Source: Haplodiscus bocki
Lineage: Eukaryota
Direction of reading: 5' to 3'
Assembly: GCA_965655095.1 (NCBI GenBank)
Contig: OZ296649.1
Span: forward strand, 136,276,001-136,340,000
Length of the DNA: 64,000 nt
The notes beneath the pieces were generated by a model. The model made no database searches and had not been told where the DNA came from. It saw nothing but the letters and a program-made list of their open reading frames with translations. Shown here piece by piece: positions 28,901-41,861 of the stretch (its first letter is position 1; each line of letters opens with the position of its first letter). Position numbers and translations under genes: made by a program.

Positions 28901-30893
28901 CACGCAAAAATGTAAAAGAAACTGGAGATACATGCGGGACCCAGGGTGTCTCTGGAACTGAACAACCATCTGATCAGATAGATGATTATGAACTCGCCAC
29001 ACTCCTTGCACTTACCACGACACAGCAATGTACATACTGCTTTCCATTCAACAATTTTTCTGAACGACCCTGAAAGTCGAGCTCATTTTGTCAGTTTTAG
29101 GGTTATGATACCAGAACAAGACGAATATCTCAAACCAGTTGATCCTAACATATTGCATCTTCTAATAGGATCATACATGAAAGTAGCTTAGAAATTATTG
29201 TCTAACATCAACAACCCAACTCATCCTCACCCAAATTTTCTCATCAAAAATTTCCTTAAACCCCCCATTATTCTATATTTCATCAATTTCTTCCTCATCT
29301 TTAACGAAATGTACAAAAACAAGAAAAAAATTATCCATATCACAGGGAATTTGGGGAAAATGAGGTGAAAGTATAGGAACATGAGGGGGAAGATGGGGGC
29401 AAATACTAATTGGATGGTTTGTTGGTGTAAGACGTTAACTTCTAGGCTACCGATAGGCAAAAATTTGGGTTGCAGATAGGTGAATTACTCACTATCCGTG
29501 TCCCACCAAGACCATCAGCATGTAAAAAAGCGGATTTTCCATGTTCACCCAAAGTCTTTTCACGTAAAAAGTCATTTTTCCTAATCATCTTATGTTTTTC
29601 CAGTTAAAAATATGAGAAACGTGTCTTCGATTTTTTGGGCAAGACACAGGACGAGTGAAACATTATCTCCAAGGAAATATTCTTGTTGTGTTCAAAATCC
29701 AAGCTTTGATATTGTGTATGATTTTCTTGACTTTTCAATTTAAATTATCTATATTATAAAACGTTTTTTTGCAGTCTTTTTGATGCTTATTACAGAAGAA
29801 AAAACAAGACAAAGAAGTGATGAATATATCCAGAACAAATATTCATATTAAAGTACAAATGAAAACGGATTCGATATTCGCTTTCAAATTTTGGTTTTTT
29901 AATTGCTAAAGAATCATCAATTAAAGACAAATCAATTTATACAACTTTGATTAAAAGAAGATTTCATTTTTTATCTTATTAGTGTTGAACTGAAAAAACT
30001 GAGTATTAATGCTTAATTTTAAGAAAATTGAAACAATCTTATCAAATCAATATAGTAAAATGTACGATGGGATTCTCGAAGAGATCAGTGAGTACCCTAA
30101 AACATTTAAGTTTGAATTTACAAGAAACTCCCTCTACTTTTACTACAGATTCAGGCTATTAAATCGGAAAAACTAAGATTCAAATTCCTCTCTACAACCG
30201 CATAAACAAACTCGGATAACAAAATTCTTAGAAACAAATACAAAGAGAGCCTAACTTAACCCAAAAATTATCAAAAGAACGGGAAATTTTGATTCGAAAA
30301 ATAAAGGATATGCAAGTGACATAAACTTGGACAGTCCATTTAATAGAAGTAACGCCAAAAGCAGAAAATCCCTCAAAATATGTCACGTGACCCAAACCAA
30401 TGTCAAAAGTGGAAAAGCTGAAGATTGTGATGCTATTGATGGAAAGTACTGAGATACAATTTTAGTTGAACAAACTTTGGCAAACAAAGAATATAAAATA
30501 TAATAAACAGAGTTGGCAATACAGCTTGTAACAAATGATAATGTCACGAAAATAACAATACAAGATTCCGAAGATTTTAATTCCCAAGGATTATGAACGC
30601 AAACTAAAAGAGAAGAAGAATTGGTTGTTGCATTGTTACCAGCTATTAGAAAAAGTAAAGATAATGGGAGTTGAGATAATAAAATTACTTACTTAAAATA
30701 ACTTTTTGGGAAAAAAAATAGGTTGAAGTAATGGGTAAAAAACGGTTGAAGAAACAAGAGCGAAACAATTTAAAAAAAAACGAAGATGATGATGAAACAG
30801 CTATTTTTTGTTGCGGAGCGTAACGTAAAGACCTTTTTCAAAAACATAAAAACGAAAAGGAAGAGTTATATGAGGTACGATAGTTTACGGAGA

Positions 30894-31093
30894 NNNNNNN
30901 NNNNNNNNNNNNNNNNNNNNNNNNNNNNNNNNNNNNNNNNNNNNNNNNNNNNNNNNNNNNNNNNNNNNNNNNNNNNNNNNNNNNNNNNNNNNNNNNNNNN
31001 NNNNNNNNNNNNNNNNNNNNNNNNNNNNNNNNNNNNNNNNNNNNNNNNNNNNNNNNNNNNNNNNNNNNNNNNNNNNNNNNNNNNNNNNNNNNN
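30894..31093. other. Assembly/scaffold gap (200 N)
   Basis: Run of exactly 200 N. Confidence 1.
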
Positions 31094-32217
31094 ATACGTA
31101 TATATAAATATGAATAAAGTTTTCACAAATCAATCTTGATTTATCAAAAGTTACAGTCAGTTGCCCTTGAAGTTTTTCTCATTCTACTCTTCGTCTTCTG
31201 TTGAAAGTAATTTAGTCCTTGATAGCTTCATCTATAATAGATCAAATTTACAATTTGGTGTAATGTCATAGAATACTTGTTTTGTAATTTCACCCGAATT
31301 ATCTATGCAGTTGGATGAAACAATGCTTCTATTGGTTTTTCTAGTTCTTTTATCAATCTTTTGTTCTTTTTCAATTTTTTTTAAAAAAGGCTCAAGTTTT
31401 ATACTCTAAAATTTTTTTCACTGGTTGTTTCTTTTGGTTGTTCTGATATTCTTTTTGATTCAGTAAAACGATCATGTGATGAGTTTTTGACTTTTTCAAT
31501 TCTCCTATCTTGTTGTATGTGTTTTTCATTTTTCTGATACATTAATACGAAAATCACTTCTGTCGAACTTATAAAGTAATTTTTTACTCATTTATATGTG
31601 GGGATATGCACGAAATTAGATCACCCACTAGTCGCTTCTTACGAAATATTATTTAAAAACTTAAAACAAAAGTTGTGGTTTTAATGTTAGTTCCTGTTTT
31701 TGTTACTTTTTGAAAATATTTTTTTGTTTTTTCTTAATACTTTTTTTTTAAAATTCTATTCTTCACAAAATCGAGCTAAGTTTTTTCCAATTTCTTTTTT
31801 TCATTTGAAAGTCCTTTTTTTGTTAGCTGAAAAATTGTTTTTTTTATTTCCCAACTCAAATTTTATATCCAAATCTTCAAGGGCTTCTCACATTTTATCT
31901 ATTGCCCCTTCCTATTTTTTTAGTTTATTGCATTTTGTCCTATTTGGGATTGTGTTTCTAATGATTCATTTGAAAATCTTTCAACAATTTGCTTAATATC
32001 TTTCTGTTTTTTTTCCTATAAGTTCAGTCCCATAGTTGATATCAAATCCTGTATCAAATAAATCTTTGCCAGAAAAAGTGTTTTTTCCACATATACCAGC
32101 CTTTGCAGAATGAGTTTGAGTCTCTGCTCCACCTTTAAGGTTGGACGACTTCTCAAAACCTTCTTGGGAACTCATCTTTTTCCTAGTATTCCTTCTGTTA
32201 TAGGGACTATTTATCTT
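31094..32217 (+). repeat. Direct repeat copy A (~1.12 kb) of 34168-35290
   Basis: Starts atacgtatatataaatatgaataaagttttcac, identical to 34168; similarity ends at tagggactatttatctt. Confidence 0.92.
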
Positions 32218-32649
32218 CTTTTTCATTAACTTGCAATTAGGATCCTTTGAATATGTGAGAGCTAATGCAATCTTCTGTTCTTTTTGTAGTCAAGAGGATC
32301 AGTCCAAAAACCCTCGATAAAGAGTGAAAACTTATTAGATTTTCTTGTTTTTTACAAACAGTTCTAAACTTCCAAACCAGTTAAACTTATCAACCATTCG
32401 TCTTGTTCTAAGTTCAGTGGAGTTTCGAAAAAAGGTGTCAGTTTTGTTGCATTCAATTCAAATTCTTAGGTTTCTTGAGGAATTGTATTTGTTTATTCAA
32501 TAACAATATCTGTCTTTTTTTGGATGAAAATATTAATTCACCACAACTTATTTATCAATTGTGTTTTTGAGTAATAATATTGGACAGGTACTTATTTCGC
32601 GGTTGAAAACTCAACAAAACAGATTGCACGCCTGTTGATGAGTTTGTAA

Positions 32650-32930
32650 TCAGATTTTTCTCATTGATAAAATAGTTAGAGTTCTACCATGGAAATTGAC
32701 CTTGTTTTTCTTTTCGGCTTCAAAATAGAACATTATCGTTTTCAGTCTGCATTTATCCCTTTTCCTATGATAAATTTAAACTGGATTTTTTAGATATCCA
32801 AACTGCTGTATATACTCCGGAACTGAATGAGATAGCCTGTCTTTTACCAATTACATCAGTTCTTTTTGTACAATCTCATCTCAAAGGAGTTTATTCTGCT
32901 CCACTAATAAGAACAACTTTCCTACTCGTC
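32650..32930 (-). pseudogene. Putative minor capsid (penton-like) gene C-terminal remnant
   Basis: Minus translation SRKVVLISGAE*TPLR*DC...LKTIMFYFEAEKKNKVNFHGRTLTILSMRKI*. It resembles the Polinton penton C-terminal pattern (I.F.L.D....VDF.G) as recalled, and is homologous to YSGAEKVHLKNC at ~44846. Confidence 0.4.
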
Positions 32931-33869
32931 TAATTTTTATTGGATTTTCGATAACGTTGAATCCTATTTTCGAAATACGGAACGATTTTTCGTCTATCTT
33001 TTTTATTTCACTTTCAACACATTGCACATTTAAAACTACTTCTAATCTAATTTCATCAAAAATAATTGTTTTGGGTGATTGTAAAGTGTAATTATTCTCC
33101 GTTGTTTTTTAAATGCCATGTTAAATTTGTTAAACTTGAAAAGATGGAGTGATGTATTTTGGATCAACTAATTTAACAAATTCACCAAATGTTGCATCCA
33201 ATCTAAAAACTTTGTCTTCAACAATTTAAAAATTTTCTTCTCCTATTCCCATGACAACTTTTCTTCTGGTATCAAAACTAAGATCTGTTAAGTAATTTGA
33301 ATGGCCGTCTTCTATTTTTTTAATCAATTCTGTTTTCAATTTCTTTTGTAATGAGTGATTTTCTTGTTAATGATTTCAGTATTTTTGCAATAATTTTTCT
33401 CAAATTTAACATTTTTTTTCTGTCTGTTATATCAAAATTGGAGTTGGAAGCTTCAAGATTAATTAAACGTAGCAACCACTTACCGCCGGAATCGCGGGTA
33501 TGTTTCTTCGAGGCGACATCTTTTTCAAAATTCATTGGAGTCTTAAAATAGATTGTTTGTTTCGAAGTACACCTTTCAATTTCTGAAGTCTATTAAGCAT
33601 TTGTTTGTGTTTGTTCGTTGGGAGCATCAAGATTTTCAAATTTAGAGGCAAGAGTTCTTTATTCAATTCTATTCAATACTTCTATTTTTTTCCTCATGTC
33701 TTTTTTATCGGTTTTACATTTTCCTGGAATTTTTTTCATTTTTTTTTCACAACCTTTATTCACTCTTTAATTTCGTCTTCACTCCCAACATGTGCTCTTC
33801 CAAGGTCAGGTTCGCTGTCATGTCTCACTTTGTAAACAAATTTTATTTGTCCTCATTGCCTCTATTTTT

Positions 33870-34115
33870 TATTATAAAAAATGTAATACGGCTGTAAAAT
33901 GTGATTATAGTTGTTGTTAGGTAAATTTTATCTAACCAAAAGGCAGGACAGTAATTGAAGTGCCTTTACTCGAACTAATTAATCCGGAAGAACACATATT
34001 AATTTTTTTTATTGGTTTGATATGTCAGCAATTTTGGTGGTGGACATCCAAAAGAATCGAAGTAACTTTCATTTACGTATACAGCCCAATGAGTGCTTTT
34101 CAATGGACACATGTT
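33870..34115 (-). pseudogene. Adenain-type (Polinton/adenovirus-like) cysteine protease pseudogene
   Basis: Minus translation PLKSTHWAVYVNESYFDSFGCPPPKLL carries the catalytic His (HW) and Asp (YFDSFG). After a frameshift, FNYCPAFWLDKIYL supplies the candidate catalytic Cys. Not in the ORF track. Confidence 0.75.
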
Positions 34116-34187
34116 ATATATATATATATATATATATATGTTTATATATAGAAATATATATGTTTATATACGTATATATAAATATGA
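34115..34187. repeat. (TA)n microsatellite, degenerate at right
   Basis: Pure TA run 34115-34139, then interrupted TA repeats. Confidence 0.9.
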
Positions 34188-35290
34188 ATAAAGTTTTCAC
34201 AAATCAATCTTGATTTATCAAAAGTTACAGTCAGTTGCCCTTGAAGTTTTTCTCATTCTACTCTTCGTCTTCTGTTGAAAGTAATTTAGTCCTTGATAGC
34301 TTCATCTATAATAGATCAAATTTACAATTTGGTGTAATGTCATAGAATACTTGTTTTGTAATTTCACCCGAACTATCTATGCAGTTGGATGAAACAATGC
34401 TTCTATTGGTTTTTCTAGTTCTTTTATCAATCTTTTGTTCTTTTTCAATTTTTTTTAAAAAAGGCTCAAGTTTTATACTCTAAAAATTTTTTCACTGGTT
34501 GTTTCTTTTGGTTGTTCTGATATTCTTTTTGATTCAGTAAAACGATCATGTGATGAGTTTTTGACTTTTTTAGTTTTCCTATCTTGTTGTATGTGTTTTT
34601 CATTTTTCTGATACATTAATACGAAAATCACTTCTGTCGAACTTATAAAGTAATTTTTTACTCGTTTATATGTGGGGATATGCACGAAATTAGATCACCC
34701 ACTAGTCGCTTCTTACGAAATATTATTTAAAAACTTAAAACAAAGTTGTGGTTTTAATGTTAGTTCCTGTTTTTGTTACTTTTTGAAAATATTTTTTTGT
34801 TTTTTCTTAATAGTTTTTTTTTAAAATTCTATTCTTCACAAAACCGAGCTAAGTTTTTTTCCAACTTTTTTTTCATTTGAAAGTCCTTTTTTTTGTTAGC
34901 TGAAAAACTGGTTTCTTTATTTTCCAGCTCAAATTTTTTATCCAAATCTTCAAGGGCTTCTCACATTTTATCTATTGCCCCTTTCTTTTTTTTTTTAGTT
35001 TATTGCATTTTGTCCTATTTGGGATTGTGTTTCGATTGATTCATTTGAAAATATTTCAACAGTTTCCTTAATATCTTTCTGTTTTTTTGCTATAAGTTCA
35101 GTCCCTTAGTTAATATCAAATCCTGTATCAAATAGTTCTTTGCCAGAAAAAGTGTTTTTCCACATATACCAGGCTTTGCAGAATGAGTTTAAGTCACTGC
35201 TCCACCATTAAGATTGGACGACCTCTCAAAACCTTCCTGGGAACTCATCTTTTTCCTAGTATTCCTTCTGTTATAGGGACTATTTATCTT
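34168..35290 (+). repeat. Direct repeat copy B of 31094-32217 (offset ~3074 bp)
   Basis: Near-identical for the first several hundred bp, with more substitutions and indels distally. Confidence 0.92.
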
Positions 35291-35919
35291 GTGTATCATT
35301 TGATATCTATATCTTTTAATTGTGGAATAAGAATAACATAATTAGTGTGCTATTTGGTTTCAGGTTAATTTCAGATTTTTAGATTTTTTAACCGCAAGTC
35401 GAAACATCGCATCGACTTTATATTAGCGTTTTATTAAATCAGAATCAAGATTTCCTGTTTTACACATTTGTTCCGAAGAAAAAATAATTTTAATTTGATT
35501 TAGAAGGAACTGGAAATATTAATTTATTAACCTTTTCTCTAAAAATGATTTTCTTCTGAAAACTAAAAGATGGTTTAGTACAATATTAGTGGAAACGACA
35601 ACAAAGAATTGTGTATTAATCATAAATTAAAACGATTTAATCCAAAATGAACAAGTGTTGATACTGAAATTACTCTATAAAATTCGTTCGGAAGAAGATA
35701 TAGAGATTTTAGTTCTTAGGATTCGCGATAAAATTCCAATAAATGTGATAGAAGACGATTTGTCTGAATCCATTTTCTGAGTTTTGAAAAAATATAATGA
35801 GAAAACCACCGCATGTGTGGTTTCTGTAGAACCTATGTAACTAAAGAAAGCACTCATGACTTTTCAAGAAGTGATACTATAAATAAAAAACAAACTCAAA
35901 AAAGTTTTATCAATATCCC

Positions 35920-36065
35920 TATAAAGTATATTGTGATGAGTGCAGGGAAACTATGTAAAAGATGTTTAATACTCTCCTTTCAACAATTGAACATTTATTT
36001 GACTTGAAAAAACAGCTATAGAAATAAATTATTTATTGCAAACATCATCGATCTTTTTTTTAATA
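35920..36065 (-). pseudogene. Remnant of the gene family seen intact at 63023-63511
   Basis: Minus translation NKCSIVERRVLNI then (shifted) FPALI, vs NQPMSMLERRINMIIARNPQLI. Confidence 0.4.
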
Positions 36066-36709
36066 CAATTTCTTGCTACGCAAAAATTTTCATATAAATG
36101 TAGAATTGTGAGTACGTGGGAAAAGACGCAAAAATGAATTTAAAAACGAATAAAAATACTTTTTTACCACGTATAAATTTACATGTAATGTTGTTTTTAT
36201 AATTTTTTAATTTATGTCTTTCAAAATGTCTCGCTTGAAACAATGAAAACAAAAAAAATCGACTTTATGGGTTTTAACTGCTGGTTTATCTCTAATAGTT
36301 ATTAGACAAGCCAGCTTTTCATTAAAAGCGATGAAAAGAACACAGAAAGCTGGTATTATCCTAATTTTTGATTTTCATAATGGTGTTTTGCAAATTATTG
36401 CATTTTGACCTGTTAATGACATCTGAAAGGCCTAGTCAGTCTGTCCCCCGTTCCACTAGCAGAAGGACATGGTGCATTAGCTCAGAGTTAGTGGTATATT
36501 CTATCAGGAGGGGAAAAATGGTATACCGGCGAATATTTGGAAAAACGTACTAATTTACGTTCTTGACCAGGAATGCTCGATAGAGTTGGCCAGTGATTTT
36601 TTTTCATGCAATGAAAAATGTAACCGTGTATATGCTTTCAGTCTTAAATAGGATGTGGTTCTAATGCAGCGGAATTTACTTAGCACTATGCGTGTACATC
36701 TTTTTAGTC

Positions 36710-36985
36710 TTAAACAGGATGTATTTTTTTATGCAGCGAACATATACTTAACACTAATGGTGTATGTGCTTCAAGACTTAGAAGAATGGAATTCTTTTGT
36801 CTAGCAAAAAGAATATCTTCAAAATATACACACCATGAAAGTAAGTTAGAAAACCACGCTTTTACGAAAGAACTCGTTGTGAATGAGGAAAAGGATGGTT
36901 TTTTACTTATTTTCATGATGTGTAATGACTCATCATAACTGACTCTAAACGCCCTTCCTATACTACTAGTAAGCAATAAAGACAA
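36710..36985 (-). pseudogene. Reverse-transcriptase remnant
   Basis: WCVYFEDILFA resembles the RT catalytic CxVYxDDIL motif. Confidence 0.35.
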
Positions 36986-37204
36986 GCTTTTGATTCAATC
37001 AATTAATTGTGATTTTTTTCAGTGCGTGTGCTGGCCGAGGTAGTTTTACACTTAAAAATGCACTTGCTTTGTTTCATGCGTCGTTTTATGTAAGGTTGCG
37101 AGGTAATTTCGTGATCACTGGTCTTCATTTCATTAAGTATTTCGTCATTTGAAATTTCGACTCCTGCTTTGAATATTCAGATAACATTAAAATTTTGAGG
37201 AACA

Positions 37205-37690
37205 TCCCTGGACGGCCGTCGAACAGGATCATATTTTCTGTTCTCCAACTTTGTTAAAAATGCGTTTTAGAAGAAAGATAGCGGTATGTAATTTCTTTTT
37301 AGACAAATGCATCAGCTAATTTGCCACTTTTTTTTTCGCATTTTTACAATTTTGCACTTTGCGAATAGAACCTTAGTTTTGGTGAGAATTGAGCATTTTC
37401 ATGAAATATTACCATTTTATATTCTTTCTACTGCAAATTCGCCCCCTTTTCACGAATTTGGACGAAAAATATTTTTTTTTCAAAAAAAAAACAATTTTTA
37501 AAGGAAAACTCCTATTTTAGTACGTATTTAAGAATTGCTACCACTTCATTTTTTTTCTGCATCACACTTGCTAAATTTTGGTGATGAAGCAAATTCAAAA
37601 TCAAAATTATGCAATTGGCAAGTATGCGTAAAAATGCAACTGGCGAGTGGTTGATTTTCTTTCAATATTTATATGGTCGGGAAATAATAA
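37205..37690 (-). repeat. Copy 4 (old, inverted) of the dispersed repeat family
   Basis: ggacggccg start, aatttgccactttt, ttggtgatgaa, gcaattggcaagta; colinear with 11574-12240. Confidence 0.5.
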
Positions 37691-39152
37691 TTCATGTTAC
37701 GTTTTGAAGTTGAAGCAGACTCAAAATACCAAGCAGTTTCGCATTGAAGATTGATCCAAAAGTGAGGTTCTAAAAAATCAATTATGCTTGAGAATACTTT
37801 CATTTGTTTTTAAAATGTTTGTCCTGCTGTTCTCTACAATGTGCTAAGCATATCCGATAGTTTTGTGTTGTTGATATTATTTTAATATTGAAAAAGCAAA
37901 TATTTCCTTATTAAATGAATTTCAATCAGTGTTTTGCTTTCAAGGTTCAATTTGGCGTAGAGGAATTCATTTTCAAGCTGTGTGTTCTCGGTGGTCTTCG
38001 AGACGAACGAGGAAAACAAATCATTGCCGAGAATAATGTTTTAATTGCCATAGAAATGCTGCAACCTCAAGTTAGTTGATTTGCTAATTATCCTGCTTAT
38101 GCTTTCATTTCCCATCCATGCTGCTCTAGTTAGAAGTCAGTGGAATATCAAACGAGTCTTTGAAACAATCTAGAAATTCAAGAAGAAATCGAAAACTCAG
38201 AGACCGCAGAAATGGAAATTACTGGAAAATGTCAAAACCTATACAGCCAAATCGTCTGTTGCAATCCAAGATTCCAATTCTAAATTGTTCTCAGAAGAAT
38301 ACAACTTTTGAAAAATTTTAAGGATTGCGATGCATTGTGAAAGTGACGGCCAAAACACAGAGAAAACCACATTTTATTTGTGGTTAGGATTTTGTTGACT
38401 GAAGCTCAGATTGTGTATTGAAACCGGTTTATGCACAGTTTTTTTATTCTTTCAAAACTTGCTTTTGTGACGTCATCAGAGACTCGTTGTGGTGCAGTGC
38501 AAATGATCGAAAACCACCTTTTCTGAGGCATTTGGCAGGGGCTGTGTGTCGGTTCCTGTGTTCTGGCAAAAGCTTGATTTTTAAACAATAATCTGGAAAC
38601 TGAACTACTCGTTTGACAATCAATATTCTGAATATGAGACTTTGGCTGGTACTGTTCATTTATGCGTTGTAAAATGTGCACAGTTTTTTGAAATAATGGG
38701 CTCTAAAATGGTATAACCTAAAAAGAAAAGATGAATGGGTGAAAAATATGTTCGAGTATGAGACACTGCGGCAGGTACTTGTTTCATTTCAATTTTTTTG
38801 AACATTTTTTTGATTGACAGGTAGTGTAATAACTATAAAGTGCCAATCTTGTCTTCGATGATGATTTCAAATCTCAAGATTTTTGATGTTAACTGTTTTT
38901 ATCTAATCTCAACTAACAAATCAGAAAGGCCGCGAAATTCCGTTTCGCCTCCGGGTTGAGAAAAATACAAAAATAGGAAGAAACGGCAGAGAATTATAAA
39001 CAGATCAGAACATTCTGTTTTATGTCGGCGCTTAATGAAAGTAAAAATCCGAGTACCACTGACTTGGTTTTTCACACTCGTAACAGGTCCAAAGTGTTCA
39101 AGAAATCATTTATGACCATATGATCAGCTTAAACATATGAGTATTCTTGAGT

Positions 39153-40732
39153 GGTTACATGTAATTTCGTCCTACGCCATTTCAACCGCTGCAATTTCAA
39201 CCGTTTACACTTTCAACCGTTCTCACTTTCAACCGCTGGCCTTTTCGACCGCTTGCAAATTCAACCGCTTGCAAATTCAACCGCCACAAATTCTACCTAT
39301 TTAATTAAGTTCAAGGTTATTCAATTTTTTCAAGACGTTCGAAAACAAGTAAAATAATTATAGAATCAATTAAACGTCATCAATAAGACAGTGTTACGTA
39401 ATTTCCAAAGGTCATATTGGACAAACTACCATATGTACCAAACCTGAAAAGGATGTTTCTGAACGCCATTAGGAAGAAATCAGATGCAATTAGCATCTCA
39501 CTAGGACAACAAACTCGAAAGGACTTTGATTTCTTGTCACCGGCTTTGAACATTTTTCTAAAGGGTTAGCCAGCCCGTAGTCCAAATGTACTTCCGATCT
39601 CACAAGAGACAATGTCTCTTCGATTAAACTGTACAGCCAGTCATGTTAATGTTCTGAGACGCACTCCGGGAGGCTGCAAGGAGGCGTCAAGACAAAAAAT
39701 CAAATATCCCTTCACGTAATGATTGTTTTTCTGCGAAAAAAAAACAAAAACGGAATTTTATTCAGAAGACAAAAAAAGAATAATTACAGATATGCTGATA
39801 TGGCACAGCATTTTCGAACTCATAAGTGCTTCGGATATTTTGTATCTGTTTTTTTTATTTTTTTTTCGTATCGGGGGCGCTTGGAGCATAGGAATCTTGA
39901 ACATATATAAACTTCTGCATTCGGATCTTTTTCGAAGTTCCGTAAGAGCAACCAAATATTCGGCGTAGAACCACTAAAATACGCCTGCAGTCCGTAATGC
40001 CAGCCTTCTACGCTATTTGTTGTCCGGGCTACCCCCTCTCCTGCTGCATCGTACTGGTTCCACATTTCGATTGGAAAAGGCGGTTTCTTATTAACAATTG
40101 GGTTTTCTATATATGTGCTTTTGAAATATATTGCAAGCTCATCCATTTTTTCGACGATATTTTCTTCGAACTGTTCTCTCTCGATAACGTCTGTTATTTC
40201 CTCAATAACAAGCTCAATAGATGCTTTTAGATGGGCGGGCAGAACATTCGCCGGGGTCGCATTCGTGAATATGGGTACCTTTTGAGTGCAATTTTTCCGC
40301 CTCGGTTTGATTCTATAATTTGAACTTGCATTTTGGAACGTCTGATAGGTGCTGCTACTGGAATACTGAATGGCTCAAAATTTTTACACAATTTCGATTA
40401 CGATTAGGTGCAAGATTAGGTGTTAATTTCCTGACATCAGTGTGTAAATTGCTGAATCCGGTAACTACAACGCTTTTATAATCAAACCTTATTTTAATTA
40501 TTACGTTTAAAAAGGATTAATCTTAATTACACTTAGTTACTGTAATTAATTGATTGCTATATAATTGAAGCGGTTGAATTTGCGGCGGTTGAAATTGCAT
40601 GCGGTTGACATGGCACGCGGTTGAAAGTGTGAACGGTTCAAAGTGTGAACGGTTGAAAGTGTGAACGGTTGAAAGTGTGAACGGTTGAAATTGCAGCGGT
40701 TGAAATGGCATAGGACGAAATGTCCTGACACC
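39153..40732 (-). mobile_element. Internally deleted Mutator/MULE DNA transposon with repeat-rich long TIRs and a 10-bp TSD
   Basis: Perfect TSD ATTCTTGAGT at 39143-39152 and 40733-40742. TIRs GGT...atttcgtcctaYgccatttcaaccgctgcaatttcaaccg carry tandem TTCAACCG units (39153-~39295, ~40560-40732). Contains a transposase fragment. Confidence 0.92.
39820..40146 (-). pseudogene. MULE transposase C-terminal fragment
   Basis: YFKSTYI...PPFPIEMWNQY...RTTNSVEGWH...PNIW is the conserved MULE W and RTNNxxEGWH catalytic-Glu region. The DDE N-terminal part is absent. Confidence 0.88.
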
Positions 40733-40895
40733 ATTCTTGAGTGCCCCTTTGGTGTAGATGGTAAAACAGAAGGTTTTCAAGACATATATATGAGTTCAAG
40801 ACCAAGTGATACCAGTTTTTCTCGAAAAAAAAATGTCTCAATTTTTTGTTCGTCTGTACTTTTGCCCCACCCCACAGCATTTTGTCCGTCTGTGG

Positions 40896-41861
40896 TATCA
40901 TTTAGAGTCTTTACTTCCTTCATGCCCAATATTAGTAGACTTATCCCTCTATCAAACTTCTGTTACTTTTCCTGTACATCTTTTGACAAGATTTATCCGT
41001 TTGGACAGATACCCAGAACAAATGTGAATCAAAAAACTTACAGTCGCTTTTTAAACTAGTTCCATCTCATTGTACCTCTAGAACAGATTTAGCACTTCGG
41101 TATTCTACAGCTTATCAAAAGAATAACTACAATCGTTTTCCAAAACGTACTTCACCTTAGGGGCTTGTACAATGAAACCTTTTTCCATCAATAGATTTTT
41201 AGCCTGATGCTGACTAGATTTCACTATTATGCAAAAATGACTATGGGGCCAGCCAGTAAATCTAGAACGGGATGTAGTCAGTATGGTCGAGAACATAAGT
41301 GCAGACAGTAATACTGCGAGTAAGACTTCTAATTCCCAAATCAAATGGCCGTCAATAGTATCAAGTGGAAAATTGAACTCACTTGAATTGTGACATGTGT
41401 CATCGAACTGTATGGATTACCATTTTGTGGTTCGTAATAATAAATCGAATCATACCTTAACCAATTCACACCCTAAAGTCACTAAAGAGGACTTTGGCCA
41501 AATGGCATCAAAAAAATTAGGTTAAGAAACTAAAAATTCCATTTATACTCTTTGCATCACAAAAATGTATTTAGAGAGCTTGTTATAGTGATGTTTCTGA
41601 TATTTTTGTTAGAGCTAATTCAAAATTTTGCTATCGTAGATCCACAGACCATATAAACAAAGTTAATAAACTTAGATCACCCGTTGAAAAAACTGAGATC
41701 GTAAAAAAGAATTAGATCATGAAATGAAAAACACTTTCTAATGAGCATAGACAGTTGCAGTGTTGCTAATGTGTGAAACCCTAAACGTTTTATAATTCGA
41801 TTAACTCCTTGAACCAAAAAGCACACTTGGCAAAAACCTGTTAACTAGCTAACCTAACTCA
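40896..41861. repeat. Diverged outer left arm (inverted homolog of 52403-53434)
   Basis: Reverse complement aligns colinearly with frequent substitutions and indels. Related fragments also at ~43230-43345 and ~53530-53660. Confidence 0.85.

Larger units (their letters stand above)
30000..36200. mobile_element. Decayed Polinton/adintovirus-like element remnants (mostly minus strand right of the gap)
   Basis: AT-rich block containing adenain-like protease and penton-like remnants and a remnant of the 63023-63511 protein family. Boundaries approximate; the part left of the gap is on a different contig. Confidence 0.6.

Noticed and set aside
29480-29900. Possible pPolB C-terminal remnant (LCLAQKI on the minus strand)
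   Set aside because: One short motif with no recognisable YxDTDS; cannot be supported by eye.
30786-31139. ORFs spanning the N run
   Set aside because: Artefacts of translating the assembly gap.
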